A stretch of 64,000 bases of DNA from an uncultured Gammaproteobacteria bacterium (lineage in GTDB: Bacteria > Pseudomonadota > Gammaproteobacteria > Pseudomonadales > Azotimanducaceae). The stretch is taken from positions 2,648-66,647 of the forward strand of contig CAJWQG010000008.1 in the NCBI GenBank assembly GCA_913045175.1, read 5' to 3'. Of the stretch, positions 16,494 to 27,664 are shown one piece after another (positions within the stretch are counted from its first letter, which is position 1; each line of letters starts with the position of its first letter). The notes below the pieces were generated by a model, which saw nothing but the letters and a program-made list of their open reading frames with translations, ran no database searches and was not told the origin of the DNA. The position numbers and the translations under genes were made by a program.

Positions 16494-19400
16494 ATGATTA
16501 TCTCCGACATATCTGTTAGACGTCCTGTCTTTGCCACGGTCATCAGCCTGCTGATCCTTGCCTTTGGTGTGCTCTCCTTTCGTGACCTGCCGCTTCGCGA
16601 GTACCCGGACATCAATTCGCCAGTGGTTAGTGTGTCGACGGTCTATCGCGGCGCGTCGGCTCAGGTGATCGAAACGCGAATTACTCAAGTACTGGAAGAT
16701 CAGATCAGTGGCATTGAGGGAGTCAATTCCATTTCATCCAGTAGCTCCGATGGCCGTTCAAGAATATCGGTCGAATTCAAGATCGACCGTGACATCGATG
16801 AAGCCTCCAATGACGTTCGCGACAAGGTGGCGCGTATCGTGGGGTCGTTACCTAACGAGGTAGATCCGCCGCAGGTGTCTAAATCGGACAGCGGCTCCTT
16901 TCCAATCATGTGGTTGTCATTAACCAGTGAAACCATGAATAGAATGGAGTTGACTGACTACGCCGAGCGTTACCTGGTCGATCAGTTTACGAGCATCGAT
17001 GGTGTCGCCAATATCCGTTCCAATGGCTCAGGGCGTTATGCCATGCGTATCTGGATTGACCGTACCGCACTTGCCGCACGCGGTCTTACGGTCAACGACG
17101 TGGAGTCAGCACTGCGCCGCCAGAACATTGAGCTCCCCGCTGGCAGGATCGACTCACATGAGCGGGAGTTCACGGTCCGCCTGCAGCGTGCCTACACTTC
17201 CAGGGAAGATTTTGAGCAACTCGTCATCGCAAGGGGTAACGATGCCCATCTGGTTCGCCTGGGTGAAGTGGCACACGTTGCAGTGGGTTCAACCTCTTAC
17301 CGCGCCGAGTTTCGCGGCAATACTGAGCCCAATGTCGGTCTTGGCATCGTCAAACAGTCGACGGCGAATACGCTGGATGTACTGCGCGCTACCAATGCCC
17401 GTGCACTGGCGATCAATCAGGGTTTACCCGAGGGGATGAAGCTGTTTCCCAGCTCGGATGCTTCCGTCTACATTGAAAGCGCAATTAGCGCCGTCTACCG
17501 AACGCTTGCTATTACCTTGTTGTTGGTGAGCCTGGTGATCTATATGTTCCTCGGAACCGTCCGCGCGATGATCATTCCGGCAGTGACGATACCGGTGTGC
17601 CTGATCTCTTCGTTTATCGGTCTCGCTATCTTTGGGTACTCGGTTAATCTGATTACGCTGCTTGGACTGGTATTGGCGATTGGCCTGGTGGTTGACGACT
17701 CGATTGTGGTGCTGGAGAACGTCATGCGGCGCATTGAGGAAGGTGAGCCACCACTGCTGGCTGCGGTCAATGGCTCCAGACAGGTGGCGTTCGCGGTCAT
17801 CGCCACTACTGTGGTGTTGATAGCGGTGTTCGTTCCAATCACTTTTCTGGGCGGTAATATCGGCGTGATATTTGCCGAGCTAGCGGTCACCATTGGCACG
17901 GCGGTTATTTTTTCCAGTGTGCTGGCACTATCACTCACCACGATGCTGTGCTCGAAAATGCTGTCGGAATACGCACACGAAAGCTTTCTGACCCGTAAGG
18001 TCGATGACTTTTTTCACTGGTTGCAGCGAGGCTATCACCAGACCCTGGGATTTTTGCTACCGCGTCCTATAGTGATGGGTTTGGTGGTCGTGTTGCTGTC
18101 AATGGGAACCTATGGACTATTTACCGTGTTACCGTCCACCTATGCGCCGGAGGAGGACCAGGGTTCGTTCATGGCCATGATGAGTAGCCCCGAGGGAGCG
18201 AGTTACGAATTCATGCAGAAGCAGCTCAAACCGGTGGAAGATCATATGATGCAACTGGTCGAGTCAGACGACGTCCAGCGGTTGCTGTTGTTTGTACCAT
18301 CCTTGGGGGGCAGCAGATTCGGTGAACAGTGCGGTTGCGCTGGTGATTATGCCGCCCTGGTCTGAGAGACAGATGTCCACTCGGGAAGCGATGGATTACT
18401 TTAATTGGGGACTATCGGATGCGCCGGGTATTCGTGGTTTCCCGTTTATGCGATCCGGGTTACAACGGCGTGGCGGCGGCCAGCCGTTGCAACTGGTGCT
18501 GGGTGGCAGTACCTACCAGGAGCTCGCAGAGTGGCGTGACAAGGTGCTGGCGCGAATGGCGGAAGACGGCCGATTCGTCCGGGTGCAGTCGGACTATAAG
18601 GAGACTAAACCTCAACTGGTGGTCGAGGTGGATAAAGCACGCGCAGCAGACCTGGGAGTATCCATAGAAACTATCGGGCGAACCCTACAGACCATGATGA
18701 GTGAACGACGGGTGACCACCTATATAGACGGCGGCGAGGAATACGATGTGATCCTGCAGGCGAGGGACGATCAACGGGCGTCCGTGTCAGATCTGACCAA
18801 CATCTACGTTAAATCGGACAGAAGTGGCGAGCTTATTCCGTTGTCCACTCTGACCCGTGTTGAGTCTGGCGCGGATGCGGGTGAACTCAACCGTTACAAC
18901 CGTCTTCGTGCCATTACCATTTCAGCAAATCTGGCACCCGGGCTCTCATTGGGAGAAGCCATGACGTGGATGGAAAATATGATTCGTGCAGAGCTACCGG
19001 AAACTGCGCAGATTGGCTACAAGGGAAAATCACAGGAACTGCTGGAGTCGGAAGGTGGTTTGATGTTTGCTTTCGCGCTGGCATTGCTGGTGGTGTTTCT
19101 GGTACTTGCCGCCCAGTTCGAGAGTTTTATTCATCCGCTGGTAATCATGCTGACGGTGCCTCTTGCCACATTCGGGGGCCTGCTGGGGCTATATCTAACG
19201 GGAGATACGCTCAACATCTACAGCAAAATCGGGCTCATCATCCTGGTGGGGATTTCCACCAAGAACGGCATCCTGATCGTGGAGTTTGCGAATCAGTTGC
19301 GCGTCCAGGGCATTGCGTTCAAAGAAGCGATTGTGCATGCTGCGGATATCAGGTTACGACCCGTGATGATGACAGCGCTCTCGACGATCATGGGTTCTAT

Positions 19401-19605
19401 TCCATTGATACTGGCAACGGGTGCCGGGTCCGAGTCGCGGATCACGCTGGGTGTGGTAGTCTTCTCCGGCGTCTCGCTCGCGACGGTACTGACCCTGTTT
19501 GTTGTCCCGGTCTTCTACAATCTGCTGGCGCGAGGTACTGGCTCACCAGGTGCGGTCACAGCGGAATTAAATGCGCTTCAGGAGTCTGTGACGAGCGTAC
19601 GTTGA
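16494..19605 (+). pseudogene. RND (AcrB/HAE1-like) efflux permease interrupted by a frameshift in a G6 run
   Basis: ORFs 16494-18365 (frame 0) and 18292-19605 (frame 1) together make one ~1035-aa RND permease. The frames swap at GGGGGG 18305-18310, and removing one G gives ..FVPSLGAADSVNSAVALVIMPPWSER. Confidence 0.85.
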
Positions 19606-19665
19606 TCAATCCTGCACGCCTGATTGTGGTACTTTAGGTTCCCTGTTCTTAGCTAGGAGGACACC

Positions 19666-20808
19666 ATGCCAAAAATTCAATCGGTTTCTGTGTGCATTGC
19701 CCGGGTCGCCCTGGACAACGTAACTTCATTTGCAACTCGTACCGTCTCTGCCCGTGACTACTGCCTTGTCAAGGTACGCTCTACTGAAGGTATTGAGGGA
19801 ATAGGGTTCTGTTATGTCGGTAGTGCCGCAGGCAACATTGCCAGGGTTGCCGTGGAGGAGTTGCTGGCGAAAAAGCTCATCGGGCAGGAATCACTCCGCG
19901 TTGAAGGCCTCTGGCAGGATATGTATCAGGAATCCTTGTTACAGGGCAGGGCAGGGAGCGTGGTTCGTGCGATTTCGATCCTGGATACTGCCCTATGGGA
20001 TTTGAATGCCCGCAGTGTAAACCTTCCCCTGCATCTATTTATGGGCGCGAATGTGACGGATACCGTCCCCTGTTACGCCAGTGGTGGCTATTACCTCGAT
20101 GGTAAGACGCCAGACATGCTGGGTGAGGAAATGGCCACATATGTAGAGCAGGGCTTCAAAGCGGTGAAGATGAAAGTCGGACGACTGTCCCTTAGTGACG
20201 AGGAAGATCGCGTGCGTGCCGCACGGGAAGCCGTTGGTCCGGACATTGTGCTTACCCTTGATGCTAATAATGCGTGGACCGATGTACCGACAGCACTGCA
20301 ATACATCCGGCGCTGGGAAAAGTATGACCCTTACTGGATCGAAGAACCGTTTGGCCCCGACGACATTGATAGTCACTCAAAACTGGTGGGGCTAACACCT
20401 ATTGTGGTCGCGACCGGTGAGATCGCATATGGGCGCTGGTATCACAAGGAACTGTTGGACAAGCGTGGCGCGGAGATCCTTCAAACAGATGCCCTGGTCT
20501 GTGGAGGCATCACCGAATGGCGACGCATTGCAGCACTAGCGGCGGGATACGGGGTAACCGTTTCCCCCCACTGGTTTCACGATGCCCACGCACCACTGGT
20601 TGCTGCCACGCCCAATGCACGCTACGTTGAATTCTTTCCGGACGATCAGGTGCTCAACTTTAGAAAGTTGATCGACAATCAGCTTAAGGTGAAATACGGC
20701 GATCTAGTCCTGCACCAGACACCCGGTTTAGGCTTTAAATTCGACGAAAAAGTAGTCGCCGAGTACGCGCTAAACCAGGCATCACCCTGGACCGTAATTG
20801 AATCCTGA
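19666..20808 (+). CDS. Mandelate racemase/muconate lactonizing enzyme family protein (enolase superfamily, acid-sugar dehydratase-like)
   Basis: 380 aa with an AGGAGG RBS. It has the KMKVG, LDANNAW, IEEP and ATGE metal-ligand pattern of the MR subgroup. Confidence 0.85.
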   Translation: MPKIQSVSVCIARVALDNVTSFATRTVSARDYCLVKVRSTEGIEGIGFCYVGSAAGNIARVAVEELLAKKLIGQESLRVEGLWQDMYQESLLQGRAGSVVRAISILDTALWDLNARSVNLPLHLFMGANVTDTVPCYASGGYYLDGKTPDMLGEEMATYVEQGFKAVKMKVGRLSLSDEEDRVRAAREAVGPDIVLTLDANNAWTDVPTALQYIRRWEKYDPYWIEEPFGPDDIDSHSKLVGLTPIVVATGEIAYGRWYHKELLDKRGAEILQTDALVCGGITEWRRIAALAAGYGVTVSPHWFHDAHAPLVAATPNARYVEFFPDDQVLNFRKLIDNQLKVKYGDLVLHQTPGLGFKFDEKVVAEYALNQASPWTVIES

Positions 20809-20811
20809 TCC

Positions 20812-21711
20812 CTAGCCGGCTCCCAGCTTTCGCATGCCGCCACCGACATTGGCACCCGTGCGGATTCTTCTCATCCACACGCCGGGTACTTCGCAATTCT
20901 CCGGTAGAAGTCTGGACCATTTGTCCTCAGGTCTTCCCCAGATCTTGACCATCCCCGCTTCCCATTCAGCGTAATAGGTCCCGTCCTCATTTTTACTTCT
21001 TGGACCCGACCCTTGTCGCATCAGGGTTGGCAGACCGGCGCTATGAATGGACATGTGAAAGGAAATCGTATTGCCGCCTTCAGTACCCCTCTCTTCGAGT
21101 TGCTTGATAGTTGCTTCATCGAAGTCGTGGGATGTGAAATCCATGGTAAGGCTTGGCTTGCCTTCGTAGATGCATTCAGAGTGATCTCTTTCGACGGTCA
21201 TCTCATCGCACACATACTTGGGCCAACCCCAACGGTTGCCTTCCAGGCAGGTATGAAAATTTGGCACGGGGACGCTAATGACCAGCCAGGACTCGATGCC
21301 GTCTGGACATAAGGCCTTGACCATAATGCGACCCTCCATGAAGCGAGTTACCGTACCGTCGTTCATATCCCAGTAAGACACCATAACTTCAGGTTTTTCA
21401 GGCATCCGAAGTGGCGGGTACATAAACGTTTCATACAGCTCGAGATCGGCAGGTTCAACAACTGCGGTGTGGCCGTATGTTCCTTCGCCAGCCGCGGCCT
21501 TCGCTTCGAGTTCTTCCTGCGAAAGTATTACAGGGTCTGCAGCCTGCTTCCTGCCCATGTTAGAAACCGGCTCGTCGCTATCTATCCAGTTAGCCACGTT
21601 GTGGCATGCAACCCTGGCCCTGATCATTCGATCAATAACATTCTCTTCATCCAGCGGGACGTGCTTGCCGTCTACAAATCTATCTTTTGGGAAAGTAGTT
21701 AGTGATCCCAT
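20812..21711 (-). CDS. ADC-fold family protein, short subfamily, paralogue 3
   Basis: 299 aa with ADLELYETFMYPPLRMPEKPEV..RFMEGRIMVKALCPDGIESWLVISVPVP..EGNRWGWPKYVCD. Its stop lies 3 nt from the convergent MR/MLE stop. Confidence 0.6.
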   Translation of the reverse strand: MGSLTTFPKDRFVDGKHVPLDEENVIDRMIRARVACHNVANWIDSDEPVSNMGRKQAADPVILSQEELEAKAAAGEGTYGHTAVVEPADLELYETFMYPPLRMPEKPEVMVSYWDMNDGTVTRFMEGRIMVKALCPDGIESWLVISVPVPNFHTCLEGNRWGWPKYVCDEMTVERDHSECIYEGKPSLTMDFTSHDFDEATIKQLEERGTEGGNTISFHMSIHSAGLPTLMRQGSGPRSKNEDGTYYAEWEAGMVKIWGRPEDKWSRLLPENCEVPGVWMRRIRTGANVGGGMRKLGAG

Positions 21712-21731
21712 CGTTAATAACCCCCTATTTG

Positions 21732-22643
21732 TTATTTAGTTATGAGTGGTTTGACTTTGCGCATACTGCCACCCTGGTGCGCGCCGGTTCGAATCGCACG
21801 CTGCCAGACGCCAGGGACTTCACAATTTTCCGGAAGCAGTCCGGACCACTGATCTTCTGGTCTTCCCCAGACTTTGCACATGCCGGCTTCCCATTCAGCG
21901 TAATACAGACCCTTACCTACGTCGCTCGGTCCACTGCCTTGTCGAAGCAGTGTGTTTCTACCAACACTCATTGTGGGAATATGGAATGAAACCGTATTGC
22001 CCATTTCAGTACCATTTTCCTTTAGTTGTTGCACGGTAGTGTCATCCAGGCCACCAGGTGCGAAATCAATAGTCAGGCTTGGCATGCCTTCGTAGACGCA
22101 CTCAGAATGTTCCTTTGCAACAGTCATTTCATCGCACACGTATTTGGGCCAACCCCAGCAGTTGCCTTCCACCGCGGTATAGAAGTTTGGTACAGGGACG
22201 TTGATCACCAGCCAGGACTCGATTCCATCCGGGCATAGTGCCTTGACCATAATTCGGCCTTCGATGAAGTTAACCGGCTCATGGTTCATGTCCCAATAGG
22301 ACACCATCAGTTGCGGCTTTTCCGGCATCCTTAGTGGTGGATACATGTACTTTCGATAAAGGTCCAGATCAGCGATGTCATCAATGATGCAGGTGTGTCC
22401 CATTGTGCCCGCACCGGCCTCAGCCATTGCTGCACATTCTTCTTCAGTAAGAACGGGAGGTGGTGCTGCGCTACTTCCTCCTGCCATGTTGCCCATGAAT
22501 TCTTCGTCGCTGTCGATCCAGTTACGAACGTTTTCCAGCAACACCCTGGCGAGAATCTCGCGGTCTTCCTCGTCTTTCATATCAGCGAACGACGGTTGGC
22601 CGTTCTTAAATTTTTCTCGTGGATATGTAATTATAGTGCCCAT
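21732..22643 (-). CDS. ADC-fold family protein, short subfamily, paralogue 4
   Basis: 303 aa, roughly 70% identical to paralogue 3 by eye, with the same KALCPDGIESWLVI and WGWPKYVCDEMTV islands. The gap to paralogue 3 is 20 nt. Confidence 0.6.
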   Translation of the reverse strand: MGTIITYPREKFKNGQPSFADMKDEEDREILARVLLENVRNWIDSDEEFMGNMAGGSSAAPPPVLTEEECAAMAEAGAGTMGHTCIIDDIADLDLYRKYMYPPLRMPEKPQLMVSYWDMNHEPVNFIEGRIMVKALCPDGIESWLVINVPVPNFYTAVEGNCWGWPKYVCDEMTVAKEHSECVYEGMPSLTIDFAPGGLDDTTVQQLKENGTEMGNTVSFHIPTMSVGRNTLLRQGSGPSDVGKGLYYAEWEAGMCKVWGRPEDQWSGLLPENCEVPGVWQRAIRTGAHQGGSMRKVKPLITK

Positions 22644-22873
22644 GTTACCCCCTAGGTTTATGGTTTATGAAAAGGCCAGATCAGCCTGTTCGTAGCTCAA
22701 TCGTACACCAAAACACTATAAATATGGGGGTGAATCGGTTGTTGCGCGCTAGAGGTTATAAATAGGTCCCTGTAGCCCAGCAACGTAGCCCAGGCAAAGC
22801 GTTTCGTTATCACCTGGCACCATGTCATTGTGCAATATATAAAACCCAATTCACGTAATTTGTAAGGAGCCCC

Positions 22874-23707
22874 ATGAAAATTAATGACCTGTTTTCGGTT
22901 GAAGGAAAAGTTGTCATCGTGACCGGAGGGTCCCGAGGCATTGGTGAAATGATTGCCAGCGGCTTTCTGGCCAATGGTGCCAGGGTCTATATTTCCTCAC
23001 GCACCGCCAATGTCTGTGATGCTACGGCAGAAAGGCTTCGAACGGAGTATGGCGGGCAGTGCGTGTCGATTCCCGCAGATCTTTCGACGCTTGAGGGTAT
23101 CGACGGCTTTGTCGCCGAATTTTCCAGTCGGGAAGACAGGCTCGATGTGCTCGTTAATAATGCGGGGATGGCTGCGGGCGGCCCCCTAGAAGATTTTCCC
23201 GAGGAGAGCTGGGACCGGGTGATGGAAAGTAATGTCAAAGGTCCGTTCTTCATGACTCAGCGTCTGCTCCCCTATCTTGAGGCAGCTGCCAGCGACAATA
23301 GTCCGACAAAGGTAATTAACATAGGCTCCGTTGATGGAGTAAAAGTCTCGCCATTTCCTTCCGTCTCGTCTTATGGACCTTCAAAGGCAGCTGTCCATCA
23401 GATGACCCGTATGTTGGCGGCCCATCTCAATCAACGGAATGTGCTGGTAAACGCGATTGCGCCGGGTCCTTTTCCGACAGTGATGCTGAGTAGGGGTTTC
23501 GGTGGTGGAGGCGACGTCGAAAATACGGACTGGGACAAGGCGCGTGAATTGAATCCAAGAGAACGCGTTGGTCTGCCCGAGGAGATTGCCGGTCTTGCTA
23601 TCATGCTGGGATCGCGTGCATCTGACTATATCGTTGGTGAAGTGATTACCTGTGATGGTGGTTATGTCTCAGCGGGCGCGCGTTTCGACCTTCGTCAGTC
23701 TGGATAA
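22874..23707 (+). CDS. Short-chain dehydrogenase/reductase (SDR) family oxidoreductase
   Basis: 277 aa with VTGGSRGIG (TGxxxGxG), NNAG, and YGPSK (YxxxK). An AAGGAG RBS is present. Confidence 0.85.
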   Translation: MKINDLFSVEGKVVIVTGGSRGIGEMIASGFLANGARVYISSRTANVCDATAERLRTEYGGQCVSIPADLSTLEGIDGFVAEFSSREDRLDVLVNNAGMAAGGPLEDFPEESWDRVMESNVKGPFFMTQRLLPYLEAAASDNSPTKVINIGSVDGVKVSPFPSVSSYGPSKAAVHQMTRMLAAHLNQRNVLVNAIAPGPFPTVMLSRGFGGGGDVENTDWDKARELNPRERVGLPEEIAGLAIMLGSRASDYIVGEVITCDGGYVSAGARFDLRQSG

Positions 23708-23796
23708 CACGAGCGCCCATTTGCACTCACCGCAATAGTGCGAATATCCTGTCTATAACTGCGATTACAACTACAACATCAAATTAGGGGGAACCC

Positions 23797-25257
23797 TTGG
23801 CACTAGAACTTAACGACCCAGGTTTACTGAAGAGTCAGGCATTCATTAACGGAGAATGGGTGTCTGCCGACAGTGGCGAGACTATTGCCGTAACGAATCC
23901 GGTTAACTGTGAGACGATCGTCGAGATCGCACGATGCGGCCAGGCGGAAACACGGCGCGCCATTGAAGCGGCACAGGTGGCCCAGCGCGCGTGGCGCAAA
24001 ACCACTGCTAAGGAAAGAGCCGCGTTACTGCGTAATTGGTTTAACCTGATGATGGCAGCACAGGATGACCTGGCGAAGATTCTAACCGTCGAGCAGGGTA
24101 AACCCCTGTCGGAAGCGGCAGGGGAAATAGCCTACGGCGCGAATTACCTGGAATGGTTTTCCGAGGAGGCCAAGCGTATTTACGGTGACACCATTCCCCA
24201 GCCCTCCAATGATAAACGGATCGTGGTGGTCAAACAGCCGGTAGGCGTGGTTGCGTGCATTACGCCGTGGAACTTCCCTAACGCCATGTTAACGCGCAAG
24301 ATCGGAGCCGCGCTTGCGGCTGGTTGTACGGTGGTATGTAAGCCGGCCACAGCGACGCCGCTCTCGGCGTTGGCCTTTACGGAACTTGCTGACCGGGCTG
24401 GTATTCCTGCCGGTGTGATCAATATCGTGGTGGGTAAAACCGGCGAGATCGGTGATGAACTTTGTACCAATCCCATAGTCCGTAAACTTACCTTCACGGG
24501 TTCAACCGAAGTTGGCAAACAGCTGGTCGAACAATGCGCCGGGACCATGAAACGCACATCGATGGAACTGGGTGGCAATGCACCCTTTATCGTATTTGAC
24601 GATGCCGACCTGAATGCGGCAGTAGAGGGGGCGATGGCTTCCAAGTATCGCAATGCGGGGCAGACCTGTGTCTGTGCCAATCGAATGCTGGTGCAGGAGA
24701 ATATCTACGATGAATTTACCAGTCGTCTGACAGAGGCGGTAAAGCAGTTCAAGCTGGGTGATGGAACCGCCGAGGGCGTCAACATGGGTCCGCTGATCGA
24801 CGAGACAGCCGCGAATGATGTGGTCGATTTCATTGACGATGCGGTAGCGAAAGGTGCAAAAGTGGTCGCAGGTGGTGGTCGCAGTGAATTGGGCGGCACT
24901 TTTGTGGAGCCTACGATTCTTACGGACGTGAATGAGGACATGCGGGTATTCAAGGAAGAAATATTCGGCCCGGTCGCGCCCCTCTTCAAATTCAGTACCG
25001 AAGAAGAGGCCATCGCGATTGCCAACGATACCGAGTTCGGACTGGCATCTTATTTCTATGCGCGGGACATCGGTCGCATCTGGCGGGTCAGTGAAGGATT
25101 GGAGTACGGCATTGTCGGTGTCAATGAAGGGATTATCTCTAATGAAATGGCACCTTTCGGTGGTATGAAGGAGTCCGGTAACGGTCGTGAAGGCTCCAAA
25201 TATGGGCTGGATGACTATGTCGAGGTGAAGTACCTCTGCATGGGTGGAATCGAATAG
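23797..25257 (+). CDS. gabD: NAD(P)-dependent succinate-semialdehyde dehydrogenase
   Basis: 486 aa with a TTG start. The GabD-like N-terminus ([13 protein letters not shown]), ELGGNAP, and the catalytic Cys in GQTCVCANR support the call. Confidence 0.8.
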   Translation: MALELNDPGLLKSQAFINGEWVSADSGETIAVTNPVNCETIVEIARCGQAETRRAIEAAQVAQRAWRKTTAKERAALLRNWFNLMMAAQDDLAKILTVEQGKPLSEAAGEIAYGANYLEWFSEEAKRIYGDTIPQPSNDKRIVVVKQPVGVVACITPWNFPNAMLTRKIGAALAAGCTVVCKPATATPLSALAFTELADRAGIPAGVINIVVGKTGEIGDELCTNPIVRKLTFTGSTEVGKQLVEQCAGTMKRTSMELGGNAPFIVFDDADLNAAVEGAMASKYRNAGQTCVCANRMLVQENIYDEFTSRLTEAVKQFKLGDGTAEGVNMGPLIDETAANDVVDFIDDAVAKGAKVVAGGGRSELGGTFVEPTILTDVNEDMRVFKEEIFGPVAPLFKFSTEEEAIAIANDTEFGLASYFYARDIGRIWRVSEGLEYGIVGVNEGIISNEMAPFGGMKESGNGREGSKYGLDDYVEVKYLCMGGIE

Positions 25258-25603
25258 CTTGAGAAAACTACTGGCGATTGCCGCATTTCTGCTCACCTCC
25301 TGCGTCACTCAGGTCGGTGACATCAGCTTTAGCGAACAGGGCGAACGCGTTGTCTATCCAGGTGTTGTTGGTGAGATAGCGTTAGTTACACTGAAGCACC
25401 ATGCAGATGTTAAAACTCGATCGCTCATCTTCGGAGAATTCGTCACCCATATCGAAGGTATCGAGGGCGACGGGCAGAGCAGCTTCTGGGCGTTTTTTGT
25501 TAACGGCGAGAAGTCGACGCAGGGCGCGGGTGACTATGTGGCGAAGGACGGGGATGTTTTTGAGTGGCGATTGACGCGGCGTTCGTTAACAGGCGGAAGC
25601 TAA
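25244..25603 (+). CDS. Small lipoprotein, DUF4430-like (transcobalamin-like fold)
   Basis: It has a signal peptide plus lipobox ([12 protein letters not shown]). [31 protein letters not shown] resembles the DUF4430 consensus. It overlaps the gabD end by 14 nt. Confidence 0.45.
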   Translation: MESNSLRKLLAIAAFLLTSCVTQVGDISFSEQGERVVYPGVVGEIALVTLKHHADVKTRSLIFGEFVTHIEGIEGDGQSSFWAFFVNGEKSTQGAGDYVAKDGDVFEWRLTRRSLTGGS

Positions 25604-25617
25604 GGCCGCCTGTTAAC
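25585..25617. terminator. Perfect 12-bp stem hairpin between convergent genes
   Basis: GTTAACAGGCGG-aagctaagg-CCGCCTGTTAAC spans the stop codon at 25601-25603. It lies between the DUF4430-like gene (+) and the AKR gene (-). Confidence 0.5.
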
Positions 25618-25640
25618 GGTGCCACGGTATTGTACCGGGT

Positions 25641-26591
25641 CTACCGATCCACACCCTTCTCCCAATGTCTAATCATCGGCTCAAGGTCGGTCCAGAACGC
25701 CTCAGGTATATCAACGGCGCCGGCTTTCGCATTGGTTGCAGCTTCTTCCGGTGTACGACCACCCGGAATCGCACAAGCTATCTGAGGGTGACGTGTACAC
25801 CACTGCAACGCCGCTGCCAGAAGCGGGATCTCGTACTGGTTACACAGGTCCTCGATCTTGCCAACGTGAGCGAGGCACGCCTCACTGAAGTTGCGTCGAC
25901 CTTCATCTGAAAAGTTTGCAGGACCGGTAGCCAGAAGGCCAATCTCCAGCGGTGTCGCACAGAATATACCCATATTGAATTTTTCTGCGGCAGGCAGGAT
26001 TCGTTCAGCGCCGCGCTGGTTGAGCATGCTCCAGGCTTCCGGGACTACCGCCACATCAAACTCCCCGGTTTCAATGAAGGGCGTGTTGACGGGTGGATCA
26101 TTACAGGCAATGCCAATGTAATTGATGAAGCCATCTTTTTGCAGTTTGCGCATGGCACCCATGGCGCCATCGTCAGCCATCACTTCCTCGACCGGGTAGC
26201 CGCCCGCATCATGGATATAAAGGACCTCGAACTTCTCCATGCCGAGACGTTCCTGGCTGTCTTCAAAGCTCTTGAGAATGCCGTCGAATGAATGGTCTCT
26301 GCCTTCGCCGAGATAACCTGCCTTGGTGAAGACCCGACATTTGTCTTTGAAGTCGGGGTTTCGACGGAACGCTTCGCCGACAATGTTTTCCGATCCTCCT
26401 CGAGAATACACGTATGCCGTATCGATAATGGTACAGCCATTTTCAACAGCGGCCTCGATGGTCTTTACACCGAGCTCAAATTCCATATCCGGCGTACTGA
26501 TGCCGGAGTTCGTTGGTTTTCCAGAGTACATTGCCCCCAGTCCCACAATCGAGACATCAAGCCCGGTACGTCCGAGTGTTTTCGTTCTCAT
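25641..26591 (-). CDS. Aldo/keto reductase family oxidoreductase
   Basis: 316 aa. The N-terminus MRTKTLGRTGLDVSIVGLG, IDTAYVY, and length are typical of the AKR family. Confidence 0.85.
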   Translation of the reverse strand: MRTKTLGRTGLDVSIVGLGAMYSGKPTNSGISTPDMEFELGVKTIEAAVENGCTIIDTAYVYSRGGSENIVGEAFRRNPDFKDKCRVFTKAGYLGEGRDHSFDGILKSFEDSQERLGMEKFEVLYIHDAGGYPVEEVMADDGAMGAMRKLQKDGFINYIGIACNDPPVNTPFIETGEFDVAVVPEAWSMLNQRGAERILPAAEKFNMGIFCATPLEIGLLATGPANFSDEGRRNFSEACLAHVGKIEDLCNQYEIPLLAAALQWCTRHPQIACAIPGGRTPEEAATNAKAGAVDIPEAFWTDLEPMIRHWEKGVDR

Positions 26592-26639
26592 GATACTTCC
26601 CCCCTTTATTGGTATTTTTTGCCTGGTAATTAACTTCGC

Positions 26640-26852
26640 CTAGCTTTTTACTTTAAGTTGCTCCACTGCCTTTTTGGAAATGGAACTTAGACCTATGTCG
26701 CTTTCCGAATCAGCATCCAGCAGCAATTCTTTCATCGAAGGTGACCAGAATCTTTCCAGATGTGCTGCCACCTGTTCCGCTACCTCGTCTTCATCGCCGT
26801 TGGGCATCAGATTCAGCGCTATCTGGTTTACCATCTTGACGAGGTGATTCAA
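26640..26852 (-). CDS. fdsD: Formate dehydrogenase delta subunit
   Basis: 70 aa. LVKMVNQIALN...VAAHLERFWSPSMK matches the FdsD consensus, and it is the last gene of the fds operon. Confidence 0.65.
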   Translation of the reverse strand: MNHLVKMVNQIALNLMPNGDEDEVAEQVAAHLERFWSPSMKELLLDADSESDIGLSSISKKAVEQLKVKS

Positions 26853-26873
26853 TTGTTCGATGGATCGTCCCTC

Positions 26874-27662
26874 CTAAGATAACAACCGCTGTGGTCCCGA
26901 GTAAACAACGTGCCGGCCTGGGCGTGTGAAGGCGATTAGCGTCAACCCGCACTGATCAGCTAACTCAATCGCCAGAGACGTTGGTGCTGATACCGAAGCC
27001 AACAGTGCGATATTGGCACTTGCCACCTTGTATACCATCTCATAACTGGCACGGCTCGTCACCAGTACGAATCCTTCGGTTTTGCCAAGCTTATTGGCAG
27101 CGCCAAGCAACTTATCCAATGCATTGTGTCGTCCGACATCCTCGCGAATAAACTGTACCTTGCCATCTTTTTCGCACCAGGCAGCGGCATGCACTGCACC
27201 GGTTTGCTGCTGTAGTACCTGCTTATCAGCAAGCGTTGTGAGTGCATTCTCCAGGGCAGCATGTGAAATCTGTAAGGTGGATTCAATTGGTGAGGGCTGT
27301 GGAATTGCCTGGTCGAGGGATTCGACGCCGCAAAGTCCACAACCTGTCCGACCCACGAGGCTGCGTCGACGTTGCTTCAGGGCTTCAAATTGACCGATAG
27401 TGATGTCGATGTTGAGTTCTATACCTTTCTCTGTTCGCGTTTCGTCACAGCCGACGAATTGTTCCGAAGAATCGATGATTCCTTCGCTTAAACTAAAACC
27501 CAGCGCAAAGTCCTTAAGGTCGTCAGGGGTCGCCATCATCACTGCGTGAGAAAGCCCGTTGTAGACCATGGCAATAGGCGTCTCCACAGCAACGCGGTCG
27601 ACGCTTTGGCGAACGTCTCCGGCCTCCCAGATCAGACGATCTTTTGCCGTATCCTGATTCAT
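26874..27662 (-). CDS. fdhD: Formate dehydrogenase accessory sulfurtransferase FdhD
   Basis: 262 aa with the GRTGCGLCG cysteine motif and EDVGRHNALDKL. It starts 2 nt after the fdsA stop. Confidence 0.85.
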   Translation of the reverse strand: MNQDTAKDRLIWEAGDVRQSVDRVAVETPIAMVYNGLSHAVMMATPDDLKDFALGFSLSEGIIDSSEQFVGCDETRTEKGIELNIDITIGQFEALKQRRRSLVGRTGCGLCGVESLDQAIPQPSPIESTLQISHAALENALTTLADKQVLQQQTGAVHAAAWCEKDGKVQFIREDVGRHNALDKLLGAANKLGKTEGFVLVTSRASYEMVYKVASANIALLASVSAPTSLAIELADQCGLTLIAFTRPGRHVVYSGPQRLLS

Positions 27663-27664
27663 AA

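Noticed and set aside
24502-25308. 268-aa ORF antisense to gabD. Other long antisense or alternate-frame ORFs include 18966-19637, 34487-35137, 60416-61006 and 62837-63478.
   Set aside because: Each lies wholly inside a confidently recognised gene on the other strand or frame and shows no family features.
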